A stretch of 64,000 nucleotides of DNA. Origin: Escherichia coli. Lineage in GTDB: Bacteria > Pseudomonadota > Gammaproteobacteria > Enterobacterales > Enterobacteriaceae. The position numbers and the translations under genes were made by a program. Below, one piece after another: positions 18,090-30,061 of the stretch (its first letter is position 1; each line of letters starts with the position of its first letter). The notes below the pieces were generated by a model. The model was not told the origin of the DNA and ran no database searches. It was given only the letters and a program-made list of their open reading frames with translations. The stretch is taken from NCBI RefSeq assembly GCF_009931435.1, contig NZ_CP043414.1; one strand, 5' to 3'.

Positions 18090-21000
18090 ATGATTACTAT
18101 TGACGGTAATGGCGCGGTTGCTTCGGTGGCGTTTCGCACCAGTGAAGTTATCGCCATCTACCCTATTACCCCCAGTTCCACGATGGCAGAACAGGCTGAT
18201 GCATGGGCCGGAAACGGCTTGAAAAACGTTTGGGGAGACACACCACGCGTGGTTGAAATGCAGTCGGAAGCGGGTGCTATCGCTACCGTGCATGGTGCTT
18301 TGCAAACTGGCGCCCTCTCAACATCGTTTACGTCATCGCAGGGTTTGCTGCTGATGATCCCAACGCTGTACAAACTGGCAGGCGAACTGACGCCGTTTGT
18401 CCTGCATGTTGCGGCTCGTACCGTTGCCACACATGCACTCTCTATTTTTGGCGATCATTCCGACGTCATGGCAGTGCGCCAGACGGGTTGCGCGATGTTG
18501 TGTGCAGCAAACGTCCAGGAGGCGCAAGACTTTGCTCTCATTACGCACATTGCGACGCTGAAAAGTCGCGTGCCATTTATTCATTTCTTTGATGGTTTCC
18601 GCACCTCCCACGAGATCAATAAAATTGTCCCGCTGGCCGATGACACTATTCTTGAACTGATGCCGCAGGCAGAAATTGATGCTCATCGCGCCCGTGCACT
18701 CAACCCGGAACATCCGGTGATCCGCGGTACGTCCGCCAATCCTGACACTTATTTCCAGTCTCGCGAAGCCACCAACCCATGGTACAACGCAGTCTATGAC
18801 CATGTTGAACAGGCAATGAATGATTTCGCTGCCGCGACAGGTCGCCAGTATCAGCCGTTTGAGTATTACGGGCATCCACAAGCGGAACGGGTGATTATCC
18901 TGATGGGCTCTGCCATTGGCACATGTGAAGAAGTGGTTGATGAATTGCTGACCCGTGGCGAAAAAGTCGGCGTGCTGAAAGTTCGCCTGTACCGCCCCTT
19001 CTCCGCCAAACACTTACTGCAAGCATTGCCGGACTCTGTTCGGATAGTGGCGGTGCTGGATCGCACCAAAGAGCCAGGTGCGCAAGCGGAACCCCTGTAT
19101 CTGGATGTGATGACTGCACTGGCAGAAGCCTTTAATAATGGCGAGCGCGAAACCCTGCCCCGTGTCATCGGCGGGCGCTATGGTCTTTCATCCAAAGAAT
19201 TTGGCCCGGACTGTGTACTGGCGGTATTTGCCGAGCTCAACGCGGCTAAACCGAAAGCGCGCTTTACGGTTGGTATTTACGATGATGTGACCAATCTGTC
19301 ACTTCCGTTACCGGAAAACACCCTGCCAAACTCGGCGAAACTGGAAGCCTTGTTTTATGGTCTTGGTAGTGATGGCAGCGTTTCCGCGACCAAAAACAAT
19401 ATCAAAATTATCGGTAATTCCACGCCGTGGTACGCACAGGGCTATTTTGTTTACGACTCCAAAAAGGCAGGCGGCCTGACGGTTTCTCACCTTCGCGTGA
19501 GCGAGCAGCCGATTCGTTCCGCTTATCTCATTTCCCAGGCTGATTTTGTTGGCTGTCACCAGTTGCAGTTTATCGACAAATATCAGATGGCTGAACGTTT
19601 GAAACCTGGCGGCATTTTCCTGCTCAACACGCCGTACAGCGCAGAGGAAGTGTGGTCGCGCTTACCGCAGGAAGTTCAGGCCGTGCTAAACCAGAAAAAA
19701 GCGCGTTTCTATGTGATTAACGCGGCGAAAATTGCCCGCGAATGTGGCCTGGCGGCCCGTATTAATACTGTCATGCAGATGGCATTTTTCCATTTGACAC
19801 AAATTCTGCCTGGCGATAGCGCCCTGGCCGAATTGCAGGGCGCGATTGCCAAAAGCTACAGCAGCAAAGGCCAGGATCTGGTGGAACGCAACTGGCAGGC
19901 TCTGGCACTGGCGCGTGAATCGGTAGAAGAAGTTCCGCTGCAGCCGGTTAATCCGCACAGCGCCAATCGACCGCCTGTGGTTTCCGATGCTGCTCCTGAT
20001 TTCGTGAAAACCGTTACCGCTGCGATGCTCGCCGGACTTGGCGATGCTCTCCCCGTTTCGGCGCTGCCGCCAGACGGCACCTGGCCGATGGGTACCACCC
20101 GCTGGGAAAAACGCAATATTGCCGAAGAGATCCCCATCTGGAAAGAGGAACTCTGTACCCAATGTAACCACTGCGTTGCCGCTTGCCCACACTCAGCTAT
20201 TCGCGCCAAAGTGGTGCCGCCTGAAGCAATGGAAAATGCCCCTGCCAGCCTGCATTCGCTGGATGTAAAATCGCGTGATATGCGCGGGCAGAAATATGTC
20301 TTGCAGGTAGCTCCGGAAGATTGCACCGGCTGTAACCTGTGCGTCGAAGTTTGCCCGGCGAAAGACCGTCAGGATCCAGAGATTAAAGCCATCAATATGA
20401 TGTCGCGCCTGGAACATGTCGAGGAAGAGAAAATCAATTACGACTTCTTCCTGAATTTACCAGAAATCGATCGCAGCAAACTGGAACGTATTGATATTCG
20501 TACATCGCAACTGATTACACCGCTGTTTGAATATTCAGGTGCTTGCTCTGGTTGTGGCGAGACGCCGTATATTAAATTGCTGACTCAGCTCTATGGCGAT
20601 CGGATGTTGATCGCTAACGCTACGGGTTGTTCTTCAATTTATGGCGGTAACCTGCCCTCTACACCGTATACTACCGATGCCAACGGTCGTGGACCGGCAT
20701 GGGCGAACTCGCTGTTTGAAGATAACGCCGAATTTGGCCTTGGTTTCCGCCTGACGGTCGATCAACACCGTGTCCGCGTGCTGCGTCTGCTGGATCAATT
20801 TGCCGATAAAATCCCGGCGGAATTACTGACTGCGTTGAAATCAGACGCCACGCCAGAGGTTCGTCGTGAACAGGTTGCAGCTTTACGTCAGCAACTCAAC
20901 GATGTTGCCGAAGCACATGAACTGCTACGTGATGCAGATGCACTGGTGGAAAAATCGATCTGGCTGATTGGTGGCGATGGCTGGGCTTACGATATCGGCT

Positions 21001-21614
21001 TTGGCGGTTTGGATCATGTATTGAGTTTGACGGAAAACGTCAACATTCTGGTGCTGGATACGCAATGCTATTCCAATACCGGTGGTCAGGCGTCAAAAGC
21101 CACGCCGCTTGGCGCGGTGACTAAGTTTGGCGAGCACGGCAAACGTAAAGCGCGTAAAGATCTTGGCGTCAGTATGATGATGTACGGTCATGTTTATGTG
21201 GCGCAGATTTCTCTCGGCGCGCAGCTCAACCAGACGGTGAAAGCGATTCAGGAAGCGGAAGCGTATCCGGGGCCATCGCTGATCATCGCTTATAGCCCGT
21301 GTGAAGAGCATGGTTACGATCTGGCACTCAGTCACGACCAGATGCGCCAACTCACTGCTACCGGCTTCTGGCCGCTATATCGCTTTGATCCGCGTCGTGC
21401 CGATGAAGGCAAACTGCCGCTGGCGCTGGATTCACGACCGCCGTCAGAAGCACTGGAAGAAACGTTACTTCACGAGCAGCGTTTCCGTCGTCTGAATTCG
21501 CAGCAGCCAGAAGTGGCAGAACAGTTATGGAAAGATGCCGCAGCTGATTTGCAAAAACGCTATGACTTCCTGGCACAAATGGCCGGAAAAGCGGAAAAAA
21601 GCAACACCGATTAA
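18090..21614 (+). CDS. pfo: Pyruvate:flavodoxin/ferredoxin oxidoreductase (PFOR)
   Basis: 1174-aa ORF. Two 4Fe-4S ferredoxin CxxCxxCxxxCP motifs (CTQCNHCVAACP, CTGCNLCVEVCP). TPP-binding region (GGDGWAYDIG). MITIDGNGAVASVAFR N-terminus typical of PFOR. Confidence 0.96.
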   Translation: MITIDGNGAVASVAFRTSEVIAIYPITPSSTMAEQADAWAGNGLKNVWGDTPRVVEMQSEAGAIATVHGALQTGALSTSFTSSQGLLLMIPTLYKLAGELTPFVLHVAARTVATHALSIFGDHSDVMAVRQTGCAMLCAANVQEAQDFALITHIATLKSRVPFIHFFDGFRTSHEINKIVPLADDTILELMPQAEIDAHRARALNPEHPVIRGTSANPDTYFQSREATNPWYNAVYDHVEQAMNDFAAATGRQYQPFEYYGHPQAERVIILMGSAIGTCEEVVDELLTRGEKVGVLKVRLYRPFSAKHLLQALPDSVRIVAVLDRTKEPGAQAEPLYLDVMTALAEAFNNGERETLPRVIGGRYGLSSKEFGPDCVLAVFAELNAAKPKARFTVGIYDDVTNLSLPLPENTLPNSAKLEALFYGLGSDGSVSATKNNIKIIGNSTPWYAQGYFVYDSKKAGGLTVSHLRVSEQPIRSAYLISQADFVGCHQLQFIDKYQMAERLKPGGIFLLNTPYSAEEVWSRLPQEVQAVLNQKKARFYVINAAKIARECGLAARINTVMQMAFFHLTQILPGDSALAELQGAIAKSYSSKGQDLVERNWQALALARESVEEVPLQPVNPHSANRPPVVSDAAPDFVKTVTAAMLAGLGDALPVSALPPDGTWPMGTTRWEKRNIAEEIPIWKEELCTQCNHCVAACPHSAIRAKVVPPEAMENAPASLHSLDVKSRDMRGQKYVLQVAPEDCTGCNLCVEVCPAKDRQDPEIKAINMMSRLEHVEEEKINYDFFLNLPEIDRSKLERIDIRTSQLITPLFEYSGACSGCGETPYIKLLTQLYGDRMLIANATGCSSIYGGNLPSTPYTTDANGRGPAWANSLFEDNAEFGLGFRLTVDQHRVRVLRLLDQFADKIPAELLTALKSDATPEVRREQVAALRQQLNDVAEAHELLRDADALVEKSIWLIGGDGWAYDIGFGGLDHVLSLTENVNILVLDTQCYSNTGGQASKATPLGAVTKFGEHGKRKARKDLGVSMMMYGHVYVAQISLGAQLNQTVKAIQEAEAYPGPSLIIAYSPCEEHGYDLALSHDQMRQLTATGFWPLYRFDPRRADEGKLPLALDSRPPSEALEETLLHEQRFRRLNSQQPEVAEQLWKDAAADLQKRYDFLAQMAGKAEKSNTD

Positions 21615-21642
21615 ATGCTCTGGATAAGGATTATCCAATTCT

Positions 21643-21680
21643 AAAAAAAAGCCCGGACGACTGTTCGGGCTTGTCTTTTT
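21643..21680. terminator. Bidirectional Rho-independent terminator (pfo on plus, micC on minus)
   Basis: Hairpin gcccggacgactgttcgggc (21651-21670) flanked by an A-run (21643-21650) and a T-rich run (21671-21680). Confidence 0.85.
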
Positions 21681-21752
21681 ATATGTTGGAAAATCAGTGG
21701 CAATGCAATGGCCCAACAGAAAATAAAATCTGTGACAATAAAGGCATATAAC
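21643..21752 (-). ncRNA. micC: MicC small regulatory RNA
   Basis: Minus-strand sequence reads GTTATATGCCTTTATTGTCACAGATTTTATTTTCTGTTGGGCCATTGCATTGCCACTGATTTTCCAACATAT...GCCCGAACAGTCGTCCGGGCTTTTTTTT, which I recognise as MicC. It lies in the pfo-ompN spacer, divergent from ompN. Confidence 0.88.
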
Positions 21753-21979
21753 TCGCGCAGAATAACGTATAGCAAATTAAAAGTATAATTTTTATTTTGT
21801 ATGTATTATCTTCGATACATTCACCAGACTTATTATCATTTCAGAGGAATTATTTGATTAAGGTTTTACTTAAGGCGTAACAAATGATATTTATCGGCTA
21901 ACTGAACTTCTCCTTTAGGATGTTTTCATTCCCCGAAATGGGGATAAAAGGCAAATAAAATAACTAAAGGATTTATTCA

Positions 21980-23113
21980 ATGAAAAGCAAAGTACTGGCA
22001 CTTTTAATTCCTGCCCTGCTCGCCGCAGGTGCTGCACATGCAGCCGAAGTTTATAATAAAGACGGCAACAAATTAGATCTGTATGGCAAAGTTGATGGCC
22101 TGCATTATTTTTCTGATAATTCAGCGAAAGATGGCGACCAGAGCTATGCGCGTCTGGGTTTTAAAGGCGAAACCCAAATTAACGATCAACTTACTGGCTA
22201 CGGTCAATGGGAATACAATATTCAGGCAAACAACACTGAATCTTCAAAAAACCAGTCATGGACCCGTCTGGCATTTGCCGGACTGAAATTTGCAAATTAC
22301 GGTTCTTTCGATTACGGACGTAATTATGGCGTACTGTACGACATCGAAGGCTGGACCGATATGCTGCCTGAATTTGGCGGTGACTCTTATACCAATGCAG
22401 ACAACTTTATGACTGGTCGTGCCAATGGCGTCGCGACTTATCGTAACACTGATTTCTTCGGTCTGGTAAATGGTCTGAACTTCGCGGTGCAGTATCAAGG
22501 TAACAACGAAGGAGCCAGTAATGGTCAGGAAGGCACCAACAACGGACGTGATGTTCGCCATGAAAACGGTGACGGCTGGGGTCTTTCCACAACATATGAT
22601 TTAGGCATGGGCTTTAGCGCTGGTGCGGCATACACCTCTTCTGACCGCACCAATGACCAGGTTAACCATACTGCGGCTGATGGTGATAAAGCAGACGCGT
22701 GGACTGCTGGGCTAAAATACGATGCTAACAATATTTACCTGGCAACCATGTATTCAGAAACGCGTAATATGACCCCGTTTGGCGACAGCGATTATGCTGT
22801 TGCAAACAAAACCCAGAACTTTGAAGTCACTGCACAGTACCAGTTTGATTCTGGTCTGCGTCCGGCAGTCTCTTTCCTGATGTCTAAAGGCCGTGACCTG
22901 CACGCTGCCGGTGGTGCAGACAACCCGGCAGGTGTTGATGATAAAGATCTGGTTAAATACGCCGATGTTGGCGCGACTTACTATTTCAACAAAAATATGT
23001 CCACCTACGTTGACTATAAAATCAACCTGTTGGATGAAGATGACAGCTTCTACGCTGCCAACGGCATCTCTACCGATGATATTGTCGCTTTAGGTCTGGT
23101 TTATCAGTTCTAA
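21980..23113 (+). CDS. ompN: Outer membrane porin OmpN (OmpC/OmpF family)
   Basis: 377-aa ORF, signal peptide [21 protein letters not shown], general-porin sequence ending ...GLVYQF. Confidence 0.95.
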   Translation: MKSKVLALLIPALLAAGAAHAAEVYNKDGNKLDLYGKVDGLHYFSDNSAKDGDQSYARLGFKGETQINDQLTGYGQWEYNIQANNTESSKNQSWTRLAFAGLKFANYGSFDYGRNYGVLYDIEGWTDMLPEFGGDSYTNADNFMTGRANGVATYRNTDFFGLVNGLNFAVQYQGNNEGASNGQEGTNNGRDVRHENGDGWGLSTTYDLGMGFSAGAAYTSSDRTNDQVNHTAADGDKADAWTAGLKYDANNIYLATMYSETRNMTPFGDSDYAVANKTQNFEVTAQYQFDSGLRPAVSFLMSKGRDLHAAGGADNPAGVDDKDLVKYADVGATYYFNKNMSTYVDYKINLLDEDDSFYAANGISTDDIVALGLVYQF

Positions 23114-23121
23114 ATCCTCCT

Positions 23122-23146
23122 GCCCGCTGTTATGGCGGGCTTTTTC
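23122..23146 (+). terminator. Rho-independent terminator after ompN
   Basis: Hairpin gcccgctgttatggcgggc followed by ttttt. Confidence 0.8.
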
Positions 23147-23172
23147 TGCTTATTCTTCCTCCTTTGATCTAA

Positions 23173-23688
<516 letters not shown>

Positions 23689-23694
23689 CACTAA

Positions 23695-23720
23695 CGCCCG
23701 CACATTGCTGCGGGCTTTTT
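23695..23720 (+). terminator. Rho-independent terminator after uspF
   Basis: Hairpin gcccgcacattgctgcgggc followed by ttttt. Confidence 0.8.
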
Positions 23721-23863
23721 GATTCATTTCGCAAATGTGCTGACATTTTCCCCTCTAATCCGTACCATACACGCCACAGTTTTTATATCAGATTTCTTAT
23801 GCTGGGCGTTCCGGCATGACGCATACTCTTCTGATGCCATATAACGAATTGAGTCGCTTTTAA

Positions 23864-24799
23864 ATGTCGCAAAATCAAGAAATTAGTAAGAAAGAACAAT
23901 ACAATCTCAACAAATTACAAAAACGTCTGCGTCGTAACGTGGGCGAAGCCATTGCTGACTTCAATATGATTGAAGAAGGCGATCGCATCATGGTTTGCCT
24001 CTCCGGGGGTAAAGACAGCTATACCATGCTGGAGATTCTGCGCAATTTGCAGCAAAGCGCGCCAATCAATTTTTCGCTGGTGGCTGTTAACCTCGATCAA
24101 AAGCAACCGGGCTTCCCGGAACACGTTCTGCCCGAGTATCTTGAAAAGCTGGGCATTGAGTACAAGATTGTGGAAGAGAACACTTACGGTATCGTGAAAG
24201 AGAAGATTCCGGAGGGCAAAACCACTTGCTCACTGTGTTCTCGTCTTCGTCGCGGAATTCTTTACCGTACCGCAACGGAACTGGGAGCGACGAAGATCGC
24301 GCTGGGTCACCATCGTGACGATATCCTGCAAACGTTGTTCTTAAATATGTTCTACGGCGGCAAGATGAAAGGTATGCCTCCGAAACTGATGAGCGATGAT
24401 GGCAAACATATTGTGATTCGTCCGCTGGCCTACTGCCGCGAGAAAGATATTCAGCGCTTTGCCGATGCAAAAGCGTTCCCGATTATTCCGTGCAACCTGT
24501 GCGGTTCACAGCCTAACCTGCAACGTCAGGTGATTGCTGACATGTTGCGTGACTGGGATAAACGTTATCCGGGGCGTATCGAGACGATGTTCAGCGCGAT
24601 GCAGAATGTGGTGCCGTCGCATCTGTGCGATACCAACCTGTTCGATTTCAAAGGCATTACCCACGGTTCTGAAGTGGTTAACGGGGGTGATCTGGCGTTT
24701 GATCGCGAAGAGATCCCTCTACAACCGGCGGGTTGGCAGCCTGAAGAAGATGAAAATCAGTTGGATGAGTTACGACTGAATGTGGTTGAAGTGAAATAA
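23864..24799 (+). CDS. ttcA: tRNA 2-thiocytidine(32) synthetase TtcA
   Basis: 311-aa ORF. PP-loop SGGKDS motif ([11 protein letters not shown]). Fe-S cluster cysteines ([16 protein letters not shown]). Confidence 0.95.
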   Translation: MSQNQEISKKEQYNLNKLQKRLRRNVGEAIADFNMIEEGDRIMVCLSGGKDSYTMLEILRNLQQSAPINFSLVAVNLDQKQPGFPEHVLPEYLEKLGIEYKIVEENTYGIVKEKIPEGKTTCSLCSRLRRGILYRTATELGATKIALGHHRDDILQTLFLNMFYGGKMKGMPPKLMSDDGKHIVIRPLAYCREKDIQRFADAKAFPIIPCNLCGSQPNLQRQVIADMLRDWDKRYPGRIETMFSAMQNVVPSHLCDTNLFDFKGITHGSEVVNGGDLAFDREEIPLQPAGWQPEEDENQLDELRLNVVEVK

Positions 24800-24885
24800 C
24801 CCGGATAGCGCCCGATGCGCAAGCTTATCGGGCTACTCTTATGGAGGCCGGATAAGACGCGGCCAGCGTCGCATCCGGCAATCCC
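24800..24885. repeat. REP (repetitive extragenic palindromic) elements
   Basis: Two units with the GCCGGATAAG...GCATCCGGCA-type palindromic core (cccggatagcgcccgatgcgcaagcttatcgggc; gccggataagacgcggccagcgtcgcatccggca) between the convergent ttcA and dbpA. Confidence 0.75.
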
Positions 24886-24927
24886 GAAGAAGATGTTTAC
24901 TCTTGCACCCTGCGATTCAACATTTCA

Positions 24928-26301
24928 TTATTTTAATAACCGCACCCGGCACGTTTTTCCTTTAATCTTCCCGCCCTGTAACTGTTTCCATGCTTTATGA
25001 GCAACAGCCTGACGCACCGCGACATAGACATGCGCCGGATGCACGGCGATTTTGCCAATATCTGCGCCATCAAGCCCGATATCTCCTGTCAGCGCACCTA
25101 ATACATCACCCGGGCGCATTTTGGCTTTTTTCCCGCCATCGATACATAACGTTGCCATTTCTGCTTCCAGCGGCACAATGGAACTATTAACTGGCGGCGT
25201 TTGCCAGTTAAGTTTTATCTGCAACATGTCAGAAATGATATTGGCCCGCTGTGCTTCTTCCGGGGCACAGAAACTGATCGCCAGACCGCTATTTCCTGCA
25301 CGCGCTGTACGACCGATGCGATGTACATGAACTTCAGGGTCCCACGCCAGTTCAAAGTTCACTACCAGCTCAAGCGATTTAATATCAAGACCACGCGCAG
25401 CAACATCCGTCGCGACCAGCACACGAGCGCTACCGTTAGCAAAACGTACCAGGGTCTGATCGCGGTCACGTTGCTCCAGATCGCCATGTAACGACAATGC
25501 ACTTTGCCCTATGTCATTCAGCGCGTCGCAGACAGCCTGACAATCTTTTTTGGTATTGCAAAACACCACGCAAGAGGATGGCTGATGCAAACTTAATAAC
25601 CGTTGCAACAGCGGAATTTTGCCTTTGCTGGATGTCTCATAAAATTGTTGTTCAATGGGAGGCAGAGCATCTGTTGAGTCAATTTCAATCGCCAATGGCT
25701 CGCGTTGAACTCGTCCGCTGATTGCGGTGATGGCTTCCGGCCAGGTTGCCGAAAACAGAAGCGTCTGTCGAGATGCTGGCGCAAAACGGATAACATCATC
25801 AATGGCATCGCTAAATCCCATATCCAGCATGCGATCGGCTTCATCCATCACCAGCATATTCAACGCATCCAGTGATACCGTGCCTTTTTGCAGATGGTCC
25901 AGCAAACGACCTGGGGTTGCCACGATAATATGCGGCGCATGTTGCAACGAATCACGCTGCATACCGAACGGTTGACCACCGCACAAAGTCAAAATTTTGG
26001 TATTTGGCAGAAAACGCGCCAGCCGACGCAATTCACCTGCCACCTGATCCGCCAGTTCACGCGTAGGGCACAGCACTAAAGCCTGGGTCTGAAATAGCGA
26101 CGCATCAATTTTCTGTAGCAGCCCGAGGCCAAAAGCCGCCGTTTTGCCGCTGCCGGTTTTCGCCTGCACGCGAACATCTTTTCCGGCAAGGATCGCCGGA
26201 AGCGCGGCAGCCTGCACCGGCGTCATAGTCAAATAACCCAACTCATTAAGGTTCGTGAGTTGGGCGGGAGGCAAAACATTCAGGGTAGAAAAAGCGGTCA
26301 C
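24928..26301 (-). CDS. dbpA: ATP-dependent 23S rRNA-specific DEAD-box RNA helicase DbpA
   Basis: 457-aa ORF. Walker A (AKTGSGKT), DEAD box (LVMDEADRM), SAT motif, C-terminal RNA-binding domain. Confidence 0.96.
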   Translation of the reverse strand: MTAFSTLNVLPPAQLTNLNELGYLTMTPVQAAALPAILAGKDVRVQAKTGSGKTAAFGLGLLQKIDASLFQTQALVLCPTRELADQVAGELRRLARFLPNTKILTLCGGQPFGMQRDSLQHAPHIIVATPGRLLDHLQKGTVSLDALNMLVMDEADRMLDMGFSDAIDDVIRFAPASRQTLLFSATWPEAITAISGRVQREPLAIEIDSTDALPPIEQQFYETSSKGKIPLLQRLLSLHQPSSCVVFCNTKKDCQAVCDALNDIGQSALSLHGDLEQRDRDQTLVRFANGSARVLVATDVAARGLDIKSLELVVNFELAWDPEVHVHRIGRTARAGNSGLAISFCAPEEAQRANIISDMLQIKLNWQTPPVNSSIVPLEAEMATLCIDGGKKAKMRPGDVLGALTGDIGLDGADIGKIAVHPAHVYVAVRQAVAHKAWKQLQGGKIKGKTCRVRLLK

Positions 26302-26562
26302 AATCTGTTCTCGTGGTCATCGACGCAAAAATTAGCAAGCGCGTATCCTCGCAGATCTACGCTCACGATGCGACAATTTAATCGGTTCTTCATCGGGTGG
26401 TGGGTCAGGCATGGGTTGCGGGCGAGGGATTGGATCGGGCACTGGAACAGGATCGCCAGGAATCGGTTCAGGGACAGGAATTTGCAAATAAATGAGTGTC
26501 GTCATATTTCCCTCCGGTCATTGGGTGGACTCTTAAAGGGTAGACGCTGATATATAACAGGC

Positions 26563-26684
26563 AAAAAAAAGCCGACTCATCAAAGTCGGCGTCGTACGAA
26601 TCAATTGTGCTATGCAGTAATTCAAAAAAGGAAGTAAGACAATATGGAGCGCAACGCCCATCGCTTGACGTTGCATTCACCTGC
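26563..26684 (-). ncRNA. fnrS: FnrS small regulatory RNA (FNR-activated)
   Basis: Minus strand reads GCAGGTGAATGCAACGTCAAGCGATGGGCGTTGCGCTCCATATTGTCTTACTTCCTTTTTTGAATTACTGCATAGCACAATTGATTCGTACGACGCCGACTTTGATGAGTCGGCTTTTTTTT. Intrinsic terminator at the 3' end; lies in the dbpA-zntB spacer. Confidence 0.88.
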
Positions 26685-26719
26685 AAGAGAGATATTGCCC
26701 TGAATGGGTAGAGAGTTTA

Positions 26720-26733
26720 TTGACTTCGCTCAA
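26720..26733. promoter_or_regulatory. FNR binding site (class II position) upstream of fnrS
   Basis: TTGAC-N4-CTCAA (consensus TTGAT-N4-ATCAA), centred about 42 bp upstream of the inferred FnrS 5' end. Confidence 0.7.
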
Positions 26734-26779
26734 ACTTTGCGGCGTTTTTGTATACAGATAGTAGGGAAAATTGCTGTTG

Positions 26780-27784
<1,005 letters not shown>

Positions 27785-28017
27785 TTATTTTGTAGTCTAG
27801 CCTTCTGGCCCTGTTACGCAACATCTCATCACCCCATTACCCTGAAATGATTAATAAAATTCTGTCTAAATTGAATACAAAAAGCAAAATGCTTTTCCAT
27901 ATACAAACCGTGTGAAGTGTTAAATAGCGTCTATCATTATCAGAATTATCTGATCATATGACGTGGCTTTATTGCGATCGGATAGCAACAAAAATTGATA
28001 AAAATAACGGGATCTCA

Positions 28018-29250
28018 ATGATTACGCACAACTTCAATACCCTGGACTTACTCACCAGTCCTGTCTGGATCGTTTCGCCCTTTGAGGAACAGTTAATTTA
28101 TGCCAACAGCGCGGCGCGACTGTTGATGCAAGACCTCACGTTTAGTCAGCTACGAACCGGTCCCTATTCCGTCTCCTCACAAAAAGAACTGCCGAAATAC
28201 CTCTCCGATCTGCAAAACCAACACGATATTATCGAAATCCTCACCGTTCAACGTAAAGAAGAGGAAACAGCATTAAGCTGTCGGCTTGTTTTGCGAGAGC
28301 TGACAGAAGCAGAACCGGTGATTATTTTCGAAGGTATCGAAGCGCCGGCAACGCTGGGTTTAAAAGCCAGTCGCTCGGCAAATTATCAGCGCAAAAAACA
28401 AGGTTTTTATGCGCGCTTTTTTCTGACTAACTCTGCACCAATGTTGTTGATTGACCCCTCACGAGATGGCCAAATCGTCGATGCTAACCTCGCCGCGCTC
28501 AATTTCTATGGTTATAACCATGAAACGATGTGCCAGAAACATACCTGGGAAATTAATATGCTCGGGCGTCGCGTCATGCCTATCATGCATGAAATCTCGC
28601 ATTTACCCGGTGGTCATAAGCCTTTGAATTTTGTTCATAAACTGGCGGATGGTTCGACTCGTCATGTGCAGACCTATGCTGGGCCGATTGAAATTTATGG
28701 CGACAAGCTCATGTTATGTATTGTGCATGATATTACTGAGCAAAAACGGCTGGAGGAGCAGCTGGAACATGCTGCCCACCATGACGCGATGACCGGATTA
28801 CTGAATCGGCGCCAGTTTTATCACATTACCGAGCCAGGCCAAATGCAGCACCTCGCCATCGCTCAGGATTACAGCTTATTGCTCATCGACACCGATCGTT
28901 TTAAACACATTAACGATCTCTATGGGCATTCTAAAGGTGATGAGGTGTTATGCGCCCTCGCCCGCACTCTCGAAAGTTGCGCTCGCAAAGGCGATTTGGT
29001 GTTTCGTTGGGGAGGCGAAGAGTTTGTCTTATTGCTACCAAGAACCCCACTGGATACCGCGCTTGCGCTGGCTGAAACTATCCGCGTAAGCGTGGCAAAA
29101 GTGAGTATTTCGGGCTTACCACGCTTTACCGTCAGCATTGGTGTGGCGCATCACGAAGGAAATGAAAGCATCGATGAACTGTTTAAACGCGTTGATGATG
29201 CTTTGTATCGGGCGAAAAATGATGGACGCAACCGCGTGCTGGCGGCATAA
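28018..29250 (+). CDS. dgcM: Diguanylate cyclase DgcM (tandem PAS - GGDEF)
   Basis: 410 aa from MITHNFNTLDLL. GGDEF-domain active site present as RWGGEEF. The track ORF is extended 20 codons upstream. Confidence 0.93.
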   Translation: MITHNFNTLDLLTSPVWIVSPFEEQLIYANSAARLLMQDLTFSQLRTGPYSVSSQKELPKYLSDLQNQHDIIEILTVQRKEEETALSCRLVLRELTEAEPVIIFEGIEAPATLGLKASRSANYQRKKQGFYARFFLTNSAPMLLIDPSRDGQIVDANLAALNFYGYNHETMCQKHTWEINMLGRRVMPIMHEISHLPGGHKPLNFVHKLADGSTRHVQTYAGPIEIYGDKLMLCIVHDITEQKRLEEQLEHAAHHDAMTGLLNRRQFYHITEPGQMQHLAIAQDYSLLLIDTDRFKHINDLYGHSKGDEVLCALARTLESCARKGDLVFRWGGEEFVLLLPRTPLDTALALAETIRVSVAKVSISGLPRFTVSIGVAHHEGNESIDELFKRVDDALYRAKNDGRNRVLAA

Positions 29251-29270
29251 GCCGCGGATGCGTCTCGAGA

Positions 29271-29834
29271 TCAACGACTGCGCTTAGCGTGGCGCTCCCA
29301 GTTTTCTTGCTTTGCCTGCGCCGTTTTACGTAGTGCGACGTAACACGCCCCGCTGCCGCCATGATGCGGTAGCGCGGTACAATATGCCTGGACATCATCA
29401 AATTCGGTCAACCAGCGCGCCACATAGCTGCGGACAATATTGGCATGCGATTTATCTTCCCGCCCTTTACCATGAATAATCAGCACATTACGCAAACCAT
29501 CCGCCAGGGCTTGTTGAATGAAACTGAACACCATTTTGCGGCACTCTTCCACCGGCTGGCGCAAAAGATTCAGGCTCGCCTGTTGCGGATATTTACCACT
29601 GCGCAGCTTATCCAGCACCCCATGTTGCAACCCTTCCCGCCGAAACTCCAGCGGCTGGCTTAGCGGGATGATGTCGAGAAATCCGGTGGTGAGGAAATTA
29701 TCAAGTTGCAGCGTGTCGATACGCTGCGGCGCACGTTGGTTACGCGTTGGATGCCAGTGGACATCTGTAGCACGTTTCAGCGGCTGGACATCTTCCATGG
29801 CGTCAAGAAACAGCGATTTGTCGTCAAGGTTCAT
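29271..29834 (-). CDS. smrA: Smr-domain DNA endonuclease SmrA
   Basis: 187-aa ORF with C-terminal Smr domain (LIIHGKGRE...). Synteny between dgcM and abgR. Confidence 0.88.
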   Translation of the reverse strand: MNLDDKSLFLDAMEDVQPLKRATDVHWHPTRNQRAPQRIDTLQLDNFLTTGFLDIIPLSQPLEFRREGLQHGVLDKLRSGKYPQQASLNLLRQPVEECRKMVFSFIQQALADGLRNVLIIHGKGREDKSHANIVRSYVARWLTEFDDVQAYCTALPHHGGSGACYVALRKTAQAKQENWERHAKRSR

Positions 29835-30061
29835 GTTACATCCTCCCGCAATTAAGAGCGCGATATGATAACCAGACCGGGTCGGTCCAACAACGTATTA
29901 CCCAAAATTCCAGTAATAAGTTCCAAATATTGCCGATATTTTAAGCAAAATGCTTATGCATGATTATTCATTCACGATGTTAATAATGTAACTTATATTT
30001 TCGTGAAATCTGTCACTGAAGAAAATTGGCAACTAAAGGTTAAAACCGTTATAACACAGTC

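Noticed and set aside
18333-19013. 226-aa minus-strand ORF and further 70-170-aa antisense ORFs within pfo (18033-21576)
   Set aside because: They overlap the strongly supported 1174-aa pfo ORF on the opposite strand. Their composition is Arg/Cys/His-rich and not protein-like.
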